This document shows positions 56,271 to 64,000 of a DNA stretch of 64,000 nucleotides, piece after piece. The notes beneath the pieces are model-generated. The model ran no database searches. It was not told the DNA's origin and worked only from the letters and a program-made list of their open reading frames with translations. The stretch is from positions 4,751 to 68,750 of the forward strand of contig CALLRP010000044.1 in NCBI GenBank assembly GCA_938014335.1, in the 5' to 3' direction. The translations under genes and the position numbers were made by a program. The stretch comes from an uncultured bacterium. Its GTDB lineage: Bacteria > Hydrogenedentota > Hydrogenedentia > Hydrogenedentales > Hydrogenedentaceae. Position 1 is the stretch's first letter; every line of letters begins with the position of its first letter.

Positions 56271-57086
56271 TTATCTTAACAATTGTAATGCTGTTTGTGG
56301 AACAACATTAGCTTGTGCAAGGACAGAAGTTCCCGCGTTCACAAGGATCTGGTTTCTTGTAAACCGAATGGTTACCTGAGCAATATCCGCATCACGGATA
56401 GCGCTTTCGGATGCAGCTGAATTTTCTTGCTGAATGGCTAAAGTATTGATTGTAAATTCCATCCGATTTTGATACGCACCCAGCGTTGCCCGCAAGGTAT
56501 TTACAGACCTTAATGCATTATCCACCAGCGTAATTGCGGACTCAGCGAGTGCTCGAGAGGATACGGCCAAATTGTTTACGCTCAATATCGCCGCAGTAGC
56601 ACCGCTGATTGTTAAACTCAAAGTTTGTCCTTGTAGATACCCGGCTTGCATTACAACCGATTGCGCTCCTGTTAATACCTTTATGCCATTAAACTCTGTA
56701 TCTGTTGCAATTTTATCAATCTGGCTTATTAATTGGTCTACCTCTAATTGAATAGCAGCACGGTTGTTATCACTTTGAGTTCCGTTTGCCGCTTGCACTG
56801 CCAGTTCGCGAATACGTTGCAAAATATTTGTCGTTTCGCTTAGTGCACCTTCGGCTGTCTGAACTAAACTAATACCATCTTGAACATTTCGCTGGGCTAC
56901 CTGGGTTCCGCGAACTTGTGAGCGGAACGCTTCTGCAATTGCCAGTCCAGCAGCATCATCCGCTGCACGATTGATTCTTAACCCACTGGACAATTGCTCT
57001 AATGTTTTGTTCAAATCCAGTGTGCTACGGCGTAACACACGAGCAGCGTTTAACGCTGATACATTGGTGTTAATACGAAGTCCCAT
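56271..57086 (-). CDS. Flagellin, paralogue 2 of 4
   Basis: As above. Confidence 0.92.
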   Translation of the reverse strand: MGLRINTNVSALNAARVLRRSTLDLNKTLEQLSSGLRINRAADDAAGLAIAEAFRSQVRGTQVAQRNVQDGISLVQTAEGALSETTNILQRIRELAVQAANGTQSDNNRAAIQLEVDQLISQIDKIATDTEFNGIKVLTGAQSVVMQAGYLQGQTLSLTISGATAAILSVNNLAVSSRALAESAITLVDNALRSVNTLRATLGAYQNRMEFTINTLAIQQENSAASESAIRDADIAQVTIRFTRNQILVNAGTSVLAQANVVPQTALQLLR

Positions 57087-57179
57087 AGTTCATTTCCTCC
57101 TTGAGTTACTTATTTTTTGGGCTTTCCTTGCCCTTGTTTGTCCCATGTTGATAAACCTTTTTACTGTTTAAGTTATGTA

Positions 57180-57995
57180 TTACCTTAACAGTTGCAGGGC
57201 TGTCTGTGGAACGATATTCGACTGGGCAAGCACAGAGGTACCCGCATTAACCAAAATTTGGTTCCGGGTGAAACGAATCGTCTCCTGTGCAATGTCCGCA
57301 TCGCGAATGGCACTTTCCGAGGCAGCCGAGTTTTCTTCCTGAATCGCCAGGGTATTAATTGTAAATTCCAGACGATTCTGATATGCACCCAGAGTAGCGC
57401 GCAGAGTATTTACACTCCTTAGAGCGTTATCCACCAGTGACAATGCATCTACCGCACCCGCCATAGTGGATACATTTACCGCATTAACAGCCAGGTCGTT
57501 TGTTTTTGCTCCACTAACAGTTATTGCCATTACCTGCCCACTGAAAGCACCCACCTGTAGGGTAACTGTTTGGGTAGCACTCAATACATAAATTCCATTG
57601 AATTCAGTATCGGTCGCAATCTTATCAATCTGTTGTAATAACTGTTGAACTTCTGTGTTAATTGCAGCACGATTATTATCGCTCTGCGTGCCATTTGCTG
57701 CTTGCACTGCTAATTCGCGTATCCGTTGTAAAATATTCGTGGTTTCGCTCAAAGCACCTTCAGCCGTCTGAACAAGACTTATACCATCTTGAGCATTCCG
57801 CTGAGCTACATTGGAACCACGAACAATTGAACGGAACGCCTCGGCAATGGCTAAACCTGCCGCGTCATCGGCTGCCCGATTAATTCTCAGCCCACTCGAT
57901 AGCCGTTCCAGCGTTTTGTTTAAATCCAGTGTGGAACGCCGTAAAACTCTTGCCGCATTTAAGGACGGTACATTGGTGTTAATTCTAAGACCCAT
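57180..57995 (-). CDS. Flagellin, paralogue 1 of 4
   Basis: As above. The start was moved to the second Met (MGLRINTNV), which has GGAGGAA 8 nt upstream. Confidence 0.9.
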   Translation of the reverse strand: MGLRINTNVPSLNAARVLRRSTLDLNKTLERLSSGLRINRAADDAAGLAIAEAFRSIVRGSNVAQRNAQDGISLVQTAEGALSETTNILQRIRELAVQAANGTQSDNNRAAINTEVQQLLQQIDKIATDTEFNGIYVLSATQTVTLQVGAFSGQVMAITVSGAKTNDLAVNAVNVSTMAGAVDALSLVDNALRSVNTLRATLGAYQNRLEFTINTLAIQEENSAASESAIRDADIAQETIRFTRNQILVNAGTSVLAQSNIVPQTALQLLR

Positions 57996-58243
57996 AACAA
58001 ATTCCTCCATGAGTTGATTTTTTATGCTTCCTTGCTTTTGTTGTTTCGATTGTCCCTTAATCGAAACAACTTTTTAATGCTCGGTTTTTTGTCGCGTCCC
58101 TACGACATCCCCTTAGCATTTATATTCAATTTTTTTCTCGCTGGTCCGAACTGACATTTATAGGTGTCACCTCCTTTCGATGTCTTCGGACACCCTTTTG
58201 TGTTTCCATATTAAATTGTTTCTTTTACCGCTTTACATCTATT

Positions 58244-58270
58244 TTATCGGCAACTTTAGAAAAAACTTTA
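58244..58270 (-). promoter_or_regulatory. Sigma-28 (FliA) promoter TAAAGTTT-N11-GCCGATAA
   Basis: The minus strand reads TAAAGTTT at 58270-58263 and GCCGATAA at 58251-58244, a consensus match at both elements. It lies about 240 nt upstream of flagellin paralogue 1. Confidence 0.65.
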
Positions 58271-58502
58271 ATAAAATTTTAAAAATTTTTTAAAAATTTA
58301 CCTAAATTTAAGTAAAACCTGATTATTAACATTAAAAATCTATAATATCAATAATAAAATTTTTTATGATTTTTACAAATAATTAACCCAAAATTTCCCA
58401 TATCGATTAAAAATAAACTGTTGACATTTTTTTGCAAAAATTATCAAATTTTATGGATATAATGTGGCTTTTTTTATTGTGTACACTACATCCTGTGTAT
58501 AA

Positions 58503-60632
58503 TTAAGATTGTGTTCTCCCTTTTTGAATCGCGTCTACGGGTAGTTTCTTTCGATATTTATCCATGTAAAGACCTATTTTTTCAAATGGAATAGGAGCAA
58601 ATCCTACGTTTTGTGTTTGGATAATCTCTTTATTAATTGAAAAATCCCCTGCATGTATTTTAGGGAATAATTCCTGATTATTGGTTTCAATGTTGTCTTC
58701 GTATACAAAGTTAGAGGGTTTTCTTAAAACTATCTGGTTACAATTTATGAAGATATTTTTCTTCGCTGTATTTTTATTGTTATCTTCGGAAAGATTTGCT
58801 AAATATGGATATCGATTGAGATATAACTCTTTATCTATTACTGGACTGTCTAATGCATCTTTTATGAAATTGAGCCAGTGTTCTTTGGGCCATGGAGTGC
58901 AACTAATTCCAATTCGGCAATTTGCAAAAATACAATTTTCTATAAGGTTATCTTTTCCTCCATGTATTTGAATGCCACCAAAGTTCCCAGCCGAACTGTG
59001 ATAAAAAATATTTCCATAGATATGGACTCCACTTATTGCATCATCTAAGCGAATGCCAGCGTGACCGCAACCGGGTTGTTCTGTTCCTTCTTTCCAATTC
59101 CCGATATGATGCCAATAATTATAGCGAAATACGACTCCGCCATAGGTTGGAGTTCCCCACATATCAGCACCTCCCTGGTCATCCGATTCAGTAAGGACAT
59201 TAAATATCTCATTAAACTCTAATACCGTGTCATTTACATCGGTTCGGAAAGCACTACTAGGGATGTCGTGGACTAAATTGTGAGAAATTTTATGGCCGAC
59301 ACCATGCATATATACCGCAGGATTATATGTATGGTCAATACGAGCCAGATGAGAGAAATAGCAATTGTCAACTACAATGCCGCTGGGAGTTAATGTTTTA
59401 CGGTCTCCGCCATTGAGATATATTCCCCCTTTCCCCAATCGATGAAAATCACAAGATTGAACACGGTGGTTTTTTCCCATACTGATGGTCAATCCATACC
59501 CACCCGATTCTTGAAAAGAGCAACCGAGCATTTGAATAGTATCACCATCAAAAATTTGGACTAAATTACCCGCACCTAACCGGAAATGAATTCGTTCAAA
59601 AGAAATATGCTCTGCATTATCAAAGATAATCATCGGTTTTTCAAAAAAAGACAATTCAATAAGGGCATTGTCTATGTTGGAAGGAGGGTAGAAATATAGA
59701 TACAGATTTTCTCTGTCTATATAATATTCACCGGGCTGGTCCAATTCGCATAAAAGGTTAAGTGCATAGTATCTCGCCCCTTCTCGGTAGCCATAAGCCG
59801 ACCCGGGTTCGGCTAATAAGACTTCTTGCGTTTCTGCATTCACAGATTTGACATTCTCATAGGAATCTGCCCAGTCATAATACCAGTATCCATATAGCAA
59901 AATGTTAGTCTCATTAGCCCACTCGTTGAGGGGACAACCTTCTAATTTCAGTCGCACATTTTTCATACAGTTCTGGCATGCTTCTTCATTTTTTTCGCCC
60001 TGAACACCGGCAACCTTTATGAAGTCTTTATTGGGGAAACGAGACAGGGTCATAGGGATTTTGTTGAAAAATAATTCAGGACAGGGGTATGTATTGTAAT
60101 TTTTATAGTTTCTATCAGGGGTGCGAACCTTTAAACTTCCGAATCCAGCTAACTCTAAGGGAGGCAACTGAACTATCCCATACTTTCGTAAATCAATCAA
60201 ATATATCTTATCTTTTACATCTGCTTTCAGTCGTTCTGAGCCGGGTTCATTTCTAACCTTTTGAAATCCCTTTAGACAAATTCCCCCATTGAAAACTACA
60301 TAAGCGTTTTCATTAGCGCAGTAGACAATAGGGGATTGAGAAGTTCCACTGTCTTCACTTGTGAAAAGTACGGTGTCGGTTATGTGGTGTTCTCCTTCTT
60401 TCAAGACCACTTTGACACCCCCTTGTGGAAGTCCTTTCGTTTTTTTAATTTCCCGTATGTGGTCTCTTGCCTGTATCAGTGAGGTATAGGGAGAGAGCCT
60501 CGTACCATTCCCCTGCCCATCTACTCCCGGAGCTACATAAATTGTCAGCGAATTTGCATCGGGAAGGAAAATAGAGAAAGAAAGGACTACGATTAACCCT
60601 AATGCATATAATCGGCTCATACATGAAGTCAT
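58503..60632 (-). CDS. Secreted right-handed beta-helix protein (polysaccharide lyase/hydrolase-like)
   Basis: Signal peptide. The N-terminus IYVAPGVDGQGNGTRLSPYTSLIQARD is typical of pectate-lyase-fold enzymes. Later repeats are NxxH-like beta-helix motifs. Confidence 0.6.
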   Translation of the reverse strand: MTSCMSRLYALGLIVVLSFSIFLPDANSLTIYVAPGVDGQGNGTRLSPYTSLIQARDHIREIKKTKGLPQGGVKVVLKEGEHHITDTVLFTSEDSGTSQSPIVYCANENAYVVFNGGICLKGFQKVRNEPGSERLKADVKDKIYLIDLRKYGIVQLPPLELAGFGSLKVRTPDRNYKNYNTYPCPELFFNKIPMTLSRFPNKDFIKVAGVQGEKNEEACQNCMKNVRLKLEGCPLNEWANETNILLYGYWYYDWADSYENVKSVNAETQEVLLAEPGSAYGYREGARYYALNLLCELDQPGEYYIDRENLYLYFYPPSNIDNALIELSFFEKPMIIFDNAEHISFERIHFRLGAGNLVQIFDGDTIQMLGCSFQESGGYGLTISMGKNHRVQSCDFHRLGKGGIYLNGGDRKTLTPSGIVVDNCYFSHLARIDHTYNPAVYMHGVGHKISHNLVHDIPSSAFRTDVNDTVLEFNEIFNVLTESDDQGGADMWGTPTYGGVVFRYNYWHHIGNWKEGTEQPGCGHAGIRLDDAISGVHIYGNIFYHSSAGNFGGIQIHGGKDNLIENCIFANCRIGISCTPWPKEHWLNFIKDALDSPVIDKELYLNRYPYLANLSEDNNKNTAKKNIFINCNQIVLRKPSNFVYEDNIETNNQELFPKIHAGDFSINKEIIQTQNVGFAPIPFEKIGLYMDKYRKKLPVDAIQKGRTQS

Positions 60633-60784
60633 ACAGATTCTCCTTTATAATGTATTTATAATGTAATGGTTACATTTCAATCACCAACCGTACTATATCA
60701 ATTCAACTATAATTTTTTATATAATAATAATTCAATTTCTCTATTTATTTCCGAAAACGAATGATTTTTATCGATTTTCCTGGA

Positions 60785-62422
60785 TTAGAATAAACCTTGT
60801 ATATCACTTGAATTTACGAAGGGTAGAAGCACATAGGAAGCATGGTCTTTGTCATGGTAAATCTGCTGAGTGGCTTTTAAAGTTCGAGTGTGCTGTCGGA
60901 AGGGTTCGCCAGTGTTAGGATTAGGCTCATAACGAGGATTACTTGCAGAGATAATTGTAATTCGTATTCGATGTCCCGGTGCTATCACTAACGCCGTATC
61001 CCAAAGGTCGATTTCATATTCGTATATTTTGTGGGGTTCAATAAAGTTTTCTTTTTCGATACTTTCTCTATAGCGAGCTTTGACCATGCCTTCATTCATA
61101 AGCATAGACCTTCCATCGGGATATACATCGCAGAACCTTGCTCCAAAGTCTGTGTCTGGCACATCAGTTGTAGCATATAAATGCACGGTTATAGGTCCCA
61201 TAAGTGTTAGGTGCTTTTGTAAGGGGGGAGAGGTAAAAACCAACAAATCACTTCTCTTTTCTATCTCTCGCTGGTCATGGGGACCTGAAGGTGGATTAAG
61301 ATTATTGCCTCCTTTGGAGGGGGTAGGGTCGAGGGGGTCATATGTGTAGGTAGAATAACTCGTTTCTTCTGTGGGTGATTCTAATGAAAGGCTTCCATTG
61401 GCTCTGAGAAACATTTTTATAGGATGAGTACTCCACGGTAGATTATTATAAAACTGGTATGTATTTCCCTTTTCACCTGGGTTCTGGGGGTCAGCTACGA
61501 TGAATAACCCTACCGACGGTTTGTTATATAAGCCATTGTCTATTCCTTTAAGCCAATAGTCAAACCACTCTCGTATACTACCTATTTTTTCATCAAGGTT
61601 TATTTTTTCACGATCTTCAAGAGTGAGTTCTCCGGGAGGGGCAGCATGAGCAAGAGGTAACATAACCAGTTTACACTTGCCGAATGTGGGAGAATGCGTA
61701 TGGGTATGTAACAGGTGGAAGAATTCGGTGGAACTTCGCTGAAACAAATCGAACCAGCCCCCCACGATAAAAACCGGCACATTAATATTATGGGCTCGGG
61801 CGCGAGCATTTCGTTGTTCCCAGAACGCATCATAGGAAGGATGTTTGATAATTTCGGACAAATATTCTTTAGCAGGTCCCCATTCCTCTATTGTATTTTT
61901 ACGGTAACAACCATAGGGGAATACAGTTTCATAGAAATTGTCCGAACCCGCTACCAGGTAAGCACACTGTACCCCTTCGGGATAAGAGGAAAGTAATAAT
62001 TTAGCTGAAATTGAAGATGCAGAAAAACCCAAAAGACCAATTTTCCCGTTACACCATTTTTGTTTTTTTATCCATTCTACCGTATCAATTCCGTCTTGCT
62101 TGCCGGGACCAACCCATCCATCACTACCAAAGACCTCCCACTTCCCCTCGGAGCCTACGGTGCCCCTCAGATTTTGCACAAGAATAGCATACCCATTTCC
62201 TACGAGATGTTGATGCATTCGTATAACTCTCTCACGATTGTAGGGGGTCCGCTCTAATAGCACGGGAAAAGAACCCATTCGGTTGGGTAACCACAATTCT
62301 GCCTTGAGTTTTACCCCGTCACTCATAGGAATGTCTACAGAAAGTCTTTTTGGGAAAAGGTTGCAAGAAAAAAGGGAAACAAGGAGTACCAATATAATTA
62401 TGATTTTAGAATATACCTTCAT
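60785..62422 (-). CDS. CocE/NonD-family alpha/beta hydrolase (S15 X-Pro dipeptidyl-peptidase-like)
   Basis: Signal or lipoprotein leader, MSDGVKLKAELWLP…PVLLERTPYNRE, and the nucleophile motif GFSASS. It overlaps the menE stop by 4 nt. Confidence 0.75.
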   Translation of the reverse strand: MKVYSKIIIILVLLVSLFSCNLFPKRLSVDIPMSDGVKLKAELWLPNRMGSFPVLLERTPYNRERVIRMHQHLVGNGYAILVQNLRGTVGSEGKWEVFGSDGWVGPGKQDGIDTVEWIKKQKWCNGKIGLLGFSASSISAKLLLSSYPEGVQCAYLVAGSDNFYETVFPYGCYRKNTIEEWGPAKEYLSEIIKHPSYDAFWEQRNARARAHNINVPVFIVGGWFDLFQRSSTEFFHLLHTHTHSPTFGKCKLVMLPLAHAAPPGELTLEDREKINLDEKIGSIREWFDYWLKGIDNGLYNKPSVGLFIVADPQNPGEKGNTYQFYNNLPWSTHPIKMFLRANGSLSLESPTEETSYSTYTYDPLDPTPSKGGNNLNPPSGPHDQREIEKRSDLLVFTSPPLQKHLTLMGPITVHLYATTDVPDTDFGARFCDVYPDGRSMLMNEGMVKARYRESIEKENFIEPHKIYEYEIDLWDTALVIAPGHRIRITIISASNPRYEPNPNTGEPFRQHTRTLKATQQIYHDKDHASYVLLPFVNSSDIQGLF

Positions 62423-63834
62423 GTTGATACCTCTTTCTGAGTTTGTAACCCATTTGCTAATGCCCTCCGCGATATTTTAATCCCTTTCTCTTCCCATTTT
62501 TTGGGAAAGGGGAAGTAATGTTTGGGTATCTTTATTCCTGAAATCCTTTCTTTCAAATAAAAAACAAGGTCCTTCTCATCTCTATCTTCTGAAAATTCTA
62601 CAAATGCAACGGGGACACATCCGTATTCTGCATCTTCCATCGGCACAACCACCACTCTGTTAACAAAACCACTGGATAGGATTTCATTTTCTATTTCTTC
62701 AGGTTGAATATTTTCACCTCCACAGATAAAAATATTGTCTTTCCTCCCTAAAACTTGAAGGTAACCATCCTCGGTCCATTGCCCCATATCTTGAGTGGCA
62801 AACCAACCTTCTTCATCGAACGGCTGTTCCAGCGTATCGTTATTCCAATATCCCTGAAATCTACAGGGTCCCCGAACATGTATATTCCCATCTTCTCCTA
62901 TTTTTACTGTATCCGGAATTAAAGGTTTTCCGCTGGTGAGCAGATGGGACAAATTATCGTTTTTAGATGTGGTAGTTACCTGAGATGCCATTTCGGTTAA
63001 ACCATAAGTTGTATATAACGGCAAGCCCATTTCGCAACATTTACGAACGATTCCTTCGGGAATCGGTCCTCCACCTAATAATATACTTTCCCATTTATTT
63101 TTCATCAAACCATCTTTTCTATCCAGTAATCTTTTCATGAGTGTGCTTACCACAGAAAGATGAGTTATATCATCGGGAATATCATGACTCCACCAGTTTA
63201 TATTTTCATCTGGGATATAAACACTTCCTCCACCTACAATTGCACGAAATAGAATGGATAACCCCGAAACATGGAATAGAGGTAATGATAAAAGCCAGGT
63301 ATTTCCTACTTGAAATGGCAAGTTTTTATTGCTATGGTATGCATTAGTTAACAGATTGGTAAATGATAAGCAAACTTTTTTTGGCGAAGAGGTACTCCCG
63401 GAAGTCATAATAATAAATTTACATTCTTCATTAGACGAAGAGAATGGAGGATGATTTGCTTTTGAGTTTTTAATGTCTTCGAAGGTGAAAATAGGTATGG
63501 GAGATAAAATATATTTATCGACATATTTCTTTGGACACAGAAGGAACTTTGTTTGTGTTTCACTTAAATACTTATAAATTGTTGGGGGAGGGTCAAAAGG
63601 CGACAGTAAAATAATTTGAGCATCAAGTCTTATTAGAGTACATAGAATTGTAAGAGTTTCCACCGATGGGACAGTAATAATACTTACCTGTTTCCCTTCA
63701 AAAGATGATAATTTTCTTGTATAGATTTCTATATCTTCCCAAACCGCTCCATATGTGATAGAATGGTCGTAACTTCTTACAAAAGGATATTTTGTGAATT
63801 GTTGAAAATAATATTGTAACGGATTTGTATACAC
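62419..63834 (-). CDS. menE: o-succinylbenzoate-CoA ligase (AMP-binding)
   Basis: TSGSTSSPKKV, LLSLPLFHVSGL, TYGLTE and GIKISRRAL are colinear with E. coli MenE. Confidence 0.8.
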   Translation of the reverse strand: MYTNPLQYYFQQFTKYPFVRSYDHSITYGAVWEDIEIYTRKLSSFEGKQVSIITVPSVETLTILCTLIRLDAQIILLSPFDPPPTIYKYLSETQTKFLLCPKKYVDKYILSPIPIFTFEDIKNSKANHPPFSSSNEECKFIIMTSGSTSSPKKVCLSFTNLLTNAYHSNKNLPFQVGNTWLLSLPLFHVSGLSILFRAIVGGGSVYIPDENINWWSHDIPDDITHLSVVSTLMKRLLDRKDGLMKNKWESILLGGGPIPEGIVRKCCEMGLPLYTTYGLTEMASQVTTTSKNDNLSHLLTSGKPLIPDTVKIGEDGNIHVRGPCRFQGYWNNDTLEQPFDEEGWFATQDMGQWTEDGYLQVLGRKDNIFICGGENIQPEEIENEILSSGFVNRVVVVPMEDAEYGCVPVAFVEFSEDRDEKDLVFYLKERISGIKIPKHYFPFPKKWEEKGIKISRRALANGLQTQKEVST

Positions 63835-63874
63835 GGCATTTTATTAACAGTAGATGGTTAGAATTGTTCAATCT

Positions 63875-64000
63875 TTACCACTGGACAACGATATTAACCG
63901 TTTTTTCTTTGGCACTGGCTTTATATTCAATCCGCAGGTCTTTCATCGGGTCGTAGGGATACGGTTTTGTATTTATCATAACTTGCTTTATCACATCACT
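63875..64000 (-). CDS. 3' end of an unidentified gene that runs off the window
   Basis: The minus-strand frame is open from the window edge and stops at 63875 (…MINTKPYPYDPMKDLRIEYKASAKEKTVNIVVQW*). Confidence 0.3.
   Translation of the reverse strand, partial: SDVIKQVMINTKPYPYDPMKDLRIEYKASAKEKTVNIVVQW

Noticed and set aside
54387-58010. CRISPR-like regular repeats
   Set aside because: The periodic repeats are whole-gene flagellin paralogues of about 900 bp, not 25-40-bp direct repeats with spacers. No cas genes are present.
54429-58017. Eight 60-87-aa ORFs antisense or out of frame within the flagellin genes
   Set aside because: The flagellin assignments are unambiguous. The antisense ORFs recur only because the paralogues share DNA sequence.
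58421-58461. Plus-strand TTGACA … TATAAT promoter-like sequence
   Set aside because: The spacing between the elements is about 29 nt. It would transcribe antisense into the beta-helix gene with no plus-strand gene downstream. It is probably chance in AT-rich DNA.

Overview
This 64-kb window is a chromosomal segment from a flagellated Gram-negative-type bacterium. Evidence for that: an outer-membrane beta-barrel protein ending in Phe, many lipoproteins, and sigma-28-driven flagellins. The genome is moderately AT-rich, coding density is high, and the genetic code is standard, since TAA and TAG both terminate genes. The backbone is housekeeping: a menB-menA-menC operon near the start, menE at the far end, lipB, ksgA/rsmA, aroK, hisG, murG and pepF. 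Mixed in are many secreted pectin-lyase-fold and glycoside-hydrolase-like proteins and two giant repeat-rich surface proteins with dockerin/EF-hand-like calcium-binding modules. There is also a cluster of four tandem flagellin paralogues plus flaG, and a signalling block made of a MoxR ATPase, a Ser/Thr kinase, a LysM/L,D-transpeptidase and a GAF-GGDEF cyclase. No rRNA, tRNA, CRISPR array, integrase or transposase was recognised. Six points are the most worth following up. First, a two-gene operon at 5180-7200 (winged-helix protein plus a 469-aa protein with no recognisable family) sits between menC and lipB, flanked by unusually long AT-rich non-coding DNA. Second, the N-terminus of a PASTA/Ig-domain membrane protein needs a frameshift at a poly-A tract to connect to a near-consensus sigma-70 promoter. 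Third, an in-frame TAG interrupts an otherwise perfect lipoprotein signal peptide of an 850-aa adhesin-like gene. Fourth, a cluster of REP/BIME-like inverted repeats lies in a convergent intergenic region. Fifth, one giant protein has an internally duplicated ~320-aa dockerin-like module and a long (x-E-G-x)n linker encoded by tandem DNA repeats. Sixth, the four flagellin paralogues have conserved ends and divergent cores. All functional calls come from reading motifs by eye; no database search was possible.
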